A stretch of DNA of 63,300 nt, the filler included, from Ministeria vibrans ATCC 50519 (lineage: Eukaryota > Protista > Filasterea): the NCBI GenBank assembly GCA_943704425.1. It is 9 parts of 9 records of this genome, joined end to end, with 100 filler letters (N's around TTAATTAATTAA, not from the genome) between each part and the next. Parts side by side here need not be neighbours in the genome. Positions count along the whole stretch, not along the records: positions 58,318 to 60,003 come from CALSCP010000931.1; positions 60,104 to 61,789 come from CALSCP010001519.1; positions 61,890 to 63,300 come from CALSCP010002340.1; 6 more parts are not named here. One strand, given 5' to 3'. Below the pieces are notes generated by a model. That model was not told the DNA's origin. It saw only the letters and a list, made by a program, of their open reading frames with translations, and searched no databases. Made by a program: the position numbers and the translations under genes. Positions within the stretch are counted from its first letter, which is position 1, and each line of letters opens with the position of its first letter. Below, piece by piece: positions 58,390-63,300 of this stretch.

Positions 58390-59048
58390 AATGTGTCTCA
58401 TCAGAACGCACTTGCGCCTTAAACACTCCACACATCCGCATTCACCATCATCGGCCGGGAGTATCAAACAATACTCAAACAAGACCAGCCCCATGCGAGG
58501 TGCTGCTGACGCGCCCAAAGCCCAGTGGAAGCAAACCACGAACGAGCTGTCAGAATGAAAAATCTCTTTGTCTGTCTCTCTCTCTCTTCCTCTCCATCCG
58601 CTCCACGTCGTCTCTTCTGTTCTTCGCATGCGCCAAATCTCTTTCACACCCTAATACTCGTCTGATTCACATGCAAGCGGCGTCCTCCATATCCCGCAGT
58701 GTCTCATTGTCTTACCAAATCCAAACGCTGTCGCTTCGTCATCTTGCTTCTGCATTTTTCGTTCGTTCTGTTTCAAATTGCGCTACACGCACCACCAAGA
58801 ATTACACCAGTCGCCAGGATGATCAAGCGCCTGATCCGGGCACACAAAGAGAAAAATCTAACAGTTCTAATCGGAGCGTAGGCTGATCAGTGAAATCACT
58901 AATCAGTGAAACCGAAAACCACTCTCTTTTCTCTCATCCACCTCGCCTTCCCGAGCCGGTGCACACTCTCACTCTCCCCCGGGCGTGCCTGTGTTCATCT
59001 TTCCAAAGCTCTTTTCGTTGCTCCTCCCCTCTCCGCTCCACTCCCAAC

Positions 59049-59953
59049 ATGGCTGATACTGAGAAGGTGAACAGAGAAAAAAAAGAAAAAAAAAAAAGAA
59101 GAGAGTAACCTAAGCAGGTCGATGCTCTTCTCATGATTATGAGTGTGCACCCCACGCCGCGTTGCTCCTCCTCGACGATTTGTGCATTCGCTGCCTCACA
59201 TGGCGTTCACACGAGAAATTGTTTTTTTGGCCGGCACCTTGAAACGCGTTCTCGTCGTCCGTCCCCCACTCCCGCCCTTCGTTCGATGCCGCTCTGCGAC
59301 CCCACGGCTGCCTTGTGTCCCGGCCGTCTTCTTCGTTGGGCCGCATTGATGGACACGCCGTCGTTCTTTCGCATCACAGCCTTTAGTCCACGTGTGTTGT
59401 GTCATTTTCCACCTTTTTGCCCTTTGCCTTTTTTTTTTTTTTTTTCCTGTTTGGTGCAGTGCTCAGCGTTTTGCGTCTCTCGCCCGTCCCCGTGCGCCAT
59501 TGCCCTCTCTGTCCGCCCCCTTCAACGAAACGCACTGTGTTCAACTCTCCCTATCAAGTGCACTGCCAACGGCATTCCCTATCTCGGTCATACAAGACGG
59601 AGAAAAAAAAAAAAAAAGTCGCACTGCTATCGCATGTCACTTCCGCCGACCAAACACACACACACTCACTCACTCACTCACTCACTCACTCACTCGCACG
59701 GACCTTCATACCGCCTCACTAACGCTCTTCTCTCTCCTCCCCCCTCCCCCCTCCCCCGCTCCCTGTGCAGACAACAGCACCGACGGCAACGACGCCAGTG
59801 AGCGAAGAGGATCTCAAGACTCAGCTGAAACGCCAACTGGAATTCTACTTTTCCCTCGACAATCTTGCCAACGACAAGTTTCTCGTCTCCCAAATGTCCT
59901 CCGATCATTATGTACTTCTTTCCATTGTCGCTGGCTTCCGTCTCGTTCGTCAG
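59049..59953 (+). CDS. LARP4: La-related protein, LARP4-like (5' exons)
   Basis: La motif LKRQLEFYFSLDNLANDKFLVSQM..DHYV.LSIVAGF. Confidence 0.8.
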
Positions 59954-60103
59954 GTACGATTACATCAGTTGTTTTTTTTTTTTTTTTTTTTTTTTTTTTT
60001 GTTNNNNNNNNNNNNNNNNNNNNNNNNNNNNNNNNNNNNNNNNNNNNTTAATTAATTAANNNNNNNNNNNNNNNNNNNNNNNNNNNNNNNNNNNNNNNNN
60101 NNN

Positions 60104-60250
60104 GGAGGGAGTAACAAAGTGATAGAGAGTGAGAGAGAGAAGGGAGGGAGTAACAAAGTGATAGAGAGTGAGAGAGAGAAGGGAGGGAGTAACAAAGTGA
60201 TAGAGAGTGAGAGAGAGAAGGGAGGGAGTAACAAAGTGATAGAGAGTGAG
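60104..60250. repeat. 36-bp minisatellite containing the AACAAAGTGATAGAG motif (SMC6 intron)
   Basis: GGAGGGAGTAACAAAGTGATAGAGAGTGAGAGAGAGAAG repeated about 4 times. Confidence 0.9.
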
Positions 60251-60305
60251 AAAGAAACAAAAGAGAGAGACGTCGTGCTGAATAGGGGGAATATTATTGT
60301 GCTAG

Positions 60306-61751
60306 GATACGAGTCGACAATTTCTGAGCGGGACGAGCAGCAAAGACAAGTACAAGTTTTTTATGCTGGCGACGGACCTGGAGAAGATCAACAACCACTT
60401 TGCGGCGGCCGTGACGCACAAGGAGGAGGCGCTCGAGATGGTCAACTCGAAGAAAAGATTGCTTGATGGCATGACCGCAAACGTGGAGCAGCTCAGGCGG
60501 AAGTACGAGGCGACGCAAACCGCGCGCAAGTTGACACGCCATCTTGCCGAGAAGGAGGCCGAACGATTGTGGGCGTTGGTGCGCGACAAGGAGGTAGAGA
60601 TTGAGGCGAAGAATGTGGAGCTGGAGAAGGCGCAGAGCAAAATGCAGGAGTACGACGAGAAGGTAGAAAAGCTGCTTGGCGACATTGAGAAGGTGCGCGC
60701 CAAGCACACTCAGAACACAACACCGGTGCTTTCGTACACCGAACGTTGCGCCGAGGCAAGGAAGGAACAGGAGGGTCTTGATCGGGCGGCGGCGCACGCC
60801 AAGGAGATGGTGTCGCGTGCACGCGAGGGGCTGCGCGACATTGGTGGACGCATTGACGAGCTGCGCAGCGAAAAGAGGGCAGTTGAGTCGCAGATTGCAG
60901 AGATTCAGGGCCGCGACACGGGACGCGAGGCGCGCGAGCGACAGGAACGATTGCAAAGAAAGCAACACCAGCTCGAGGACGTGGATGCCAACGTGCGACA
61001 GGCGCGTAAGACGGAGAGCGATTTGCAGAATGCATTGATGCGACTGGAGCAGGCGCAGGAGGAGCTGAAGCGAGTGACGCGATCGCACCGCGGCGAGGCG
61101 ACAGCGATTGATACGGCTCTACGGGCCATGCAGGTACAGTCACAAGACAAGATGGCTGCCTACGGCAAGTACACGAGCCGGCTACTGGCGGCGATCAAGA
61201 ACACACGCGGGTGGCGACGCGAGCCCATTGGGCCCGCTGGCATGTTTGTGTCGGTGCCCAACCAGGAGCACGTGGAGGCTGTGGAGGCGCTCACGCACGC
61301 GAGTCTGTCCAAGTTTTGTGTCGACAACACGGCCGACTACGGGCTGCTCCAGCGTGTGTTTGCGCAAGTGATTCCCAACAAGCACGAGTACCCGCAGGTA
61401 GTCATTCGCAAGTTTGAGCGTCGTTTTCAGCTACCCGATGTGCCACACGGTCTTGGTGTGCCCACCATCATGGAGCTGATTCAATGTGACAACGAAATCG
61501 TCTTTAACATGCTTGTCGATGCGCACTCTATCCACCACGTGGCGTACGTTGAAGACGCCGTTGCCAAAATGCAGTTTATGCGTCAGTGTCGCAACCGGCA
61601 CGTCAAGTCGGCGTACGATCGTCAGGGTGGACAGGCGACCAAGACAGGCGCAAGCTACGCGCCGTCGCACTCGGGCGCACGTGTTCTCAAGGGCTTTTCC
61701 GACGGTGACATTCGGCAAGAGAAGACTCGACTCGAGCAAGCAAAGCAAAAG
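60306..61751 (+). CDS. SMC6: Structural maintenance of chromosomes protein 6, internal exon
   Basis: DTSRQFL...KDKYKFFM.AT.L motif, long coiled coil, hinge PIGPAG. Confidence 0.88.
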
Positions 61752-61996
61752 GTAAGCTGTTCTTTTTTTTTTTTTTTTTGCCGTTCAGANNNNNNNNNNN
61801 NNNNNNNNNNNNNNNNNNNNNNNNNNNNNNNNNTTAATTAATTAANNNNNNNNNNNNNNNNNNNNNNNNNNNNNNNNNNNNNNNNNNNNAAGAGAGAGAG
61901 AGAGTTCAAGAGAGAGAGAGATCAAGAGTTCAAGAGAGAGTTCAAGAGTTCAAGAGTTCAAGAGTTCAAGAGTTCAAGAGAGAGAGAGAGAGAGAT

Positions 61997-62169
<173 letters not shown>

Positions 62170-62363
62170 GAAGGAGGGAGAAAGAAACAAAAGTGATAGA
62201 GAGAGAGAGAAAGGAGGGAGAAAGAAACAAAGTGTAGAGAGAGAGAACAGAGGGAAACAAAAGCGATAAAGAGAGATACAAAGTCATAGAAAGGAGAGAA
62301 AGAAGAAATAACGAATGTGGTAGAAAGAAATTGTGTGTGTGTGTGCAACAATGAATGACAAAC

Positions 62364-63078
62364 CTTGTCGAAACAGCTCGGAGATGTTCAGACCGGATTT
62401 GGAGGAGACGGAATGGAAAGGAAGATTGTTGAGATCGTGTGCGAGACGACGACCCTCCACTTCGGGCACATGGGTCGGTTTGATCTTCTCCTCATTCGCT
62501 ACACACACAAAGAAAAAAAAAGGGAAAAAAAAAAGTGTGTTGAGAGAGGCTTCCAGCGCGCATCGGGTTTGGGTGGAGTTTACTCTGAAGACCCACAAGA
62601 AGTGCGGGAAATGGCTCGCCATTGCGGTACTGTTGGATCTTCTGGTAGAGCTGGAAGATCGGCGAGACTGAGTCGGACTGTCGCGAGTTGTATGCGATCA
62701 AAAACACATCGGCCCAAGCACAAATCTACAACAGCAAGCAGAACAACAATGAGAAACCCATTTCAAAGATTCGACTTGTGTGTGTGTACCTTTGCAGTGG
62801 GAGCTCCCGAGAACTCCTGGGCGATAATTTGTCGCTCTTCGTTCTCGAACTTGATAATCTTCTTGTACATGTTGTCTAAACACAACCACACAGTTTAGAA
62901 AATAAATAAATAAAATTCCTTTTCTTGTGCGAGTACCTGGCTGTGCCTTGGGCGTCTTGGAGTACTTGTTTGTGACAAATCGATTGAGCAGGACAGTTTT
63001 GCCAATGCCAGGCGCACCAAACAGAGCCACTTTCACACCGGGCGCTGTACCGTCGTCAACAGGTGCCATCACAATGTC
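62364..63078 (-). CDS. Divergent Ras-superfamily small GTPase (partial)
   Basis: KVALFGAPGIGKT..LNRFV P-loop, ADVFLIAY, EGRRLA, SSKSGLNISELF (G5). Confidence 0.8.
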
Positions 63079-63300
63079 TGCAAAAGGGAAAGAGTGACAA
63101 AAAAAAATCAGTATGATTGATTATGAATCGAGTCACCAAGGTGTGAAAAGAAAAGCGTGATTCAGAGACGGAAGCCATGCAATAGCACAGCAAGGACGGA
63201 CTCAAGATCAATGCCAAACGTCAGCACACATGTGCAGACGCAAGAAGGAGAACAGCGGCATTGAAAGGAGCAAAGAAAACAATCCCAAAAAAAAAAAAAA

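Noticed and set aside
58385-58404. Hammerhead-like CTGATGA core on the minus strand
   Set aside because: No following GAAA or closing stems; the sequence runs into (GT)n.

Overview
Eukaryotic nuclear DNA from a gene-dense, intron-rich organism. It is probably a flagellated protist, with an opisthokont/obazoan-like gene set inferred from delta-tubulin, KATNAL2, Lst2/ZFYVE28, DCAF10 and TTAGGG repeats. Contigs are joined by artificial N-TTAATTAATTAA-N spacers. About 30 spliced genes can be read by eye. Housekeeping genes include LSM14, beta- and delta-tubulin, ZFYVE28, a CD36-family receptor, KATNAL2, NipSnap, cysteine synthase, Nab2/ZC3H14, EMC7, SCPEP1, cathepsin C, CNOT1, DCAF10, COX20, LARP4 and SMC6. 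Their introns are often filled with microsatellites, while some intergenic gaps are only 56-57 bp. Intron-poor accessory genes are the most unusual part: (1) a NACHT/STAND NLR-like protein with an unrecognised N-terminal domain; (2) an ankyrin array of near-identical, apparently shuffled repeats; (3) a Notch-like EGF receptor with a 21-Arg tract after a dibasic site; (4) an ASPIC/UnbV FG-GAP membrane protein. A GH28 pectinase sits next to a sugar/inositol transporter. Notable non-coding features are a near-identical telomere-repeat cassette at the branch-point position of two unrelated introns, a dispersed motif embedded in (GA)n tracts, and a 322-bp tandem repeat capped by TTAGGG arrays. All family assignments come from motif recognition, not database searches, and exon boundaries are manual.
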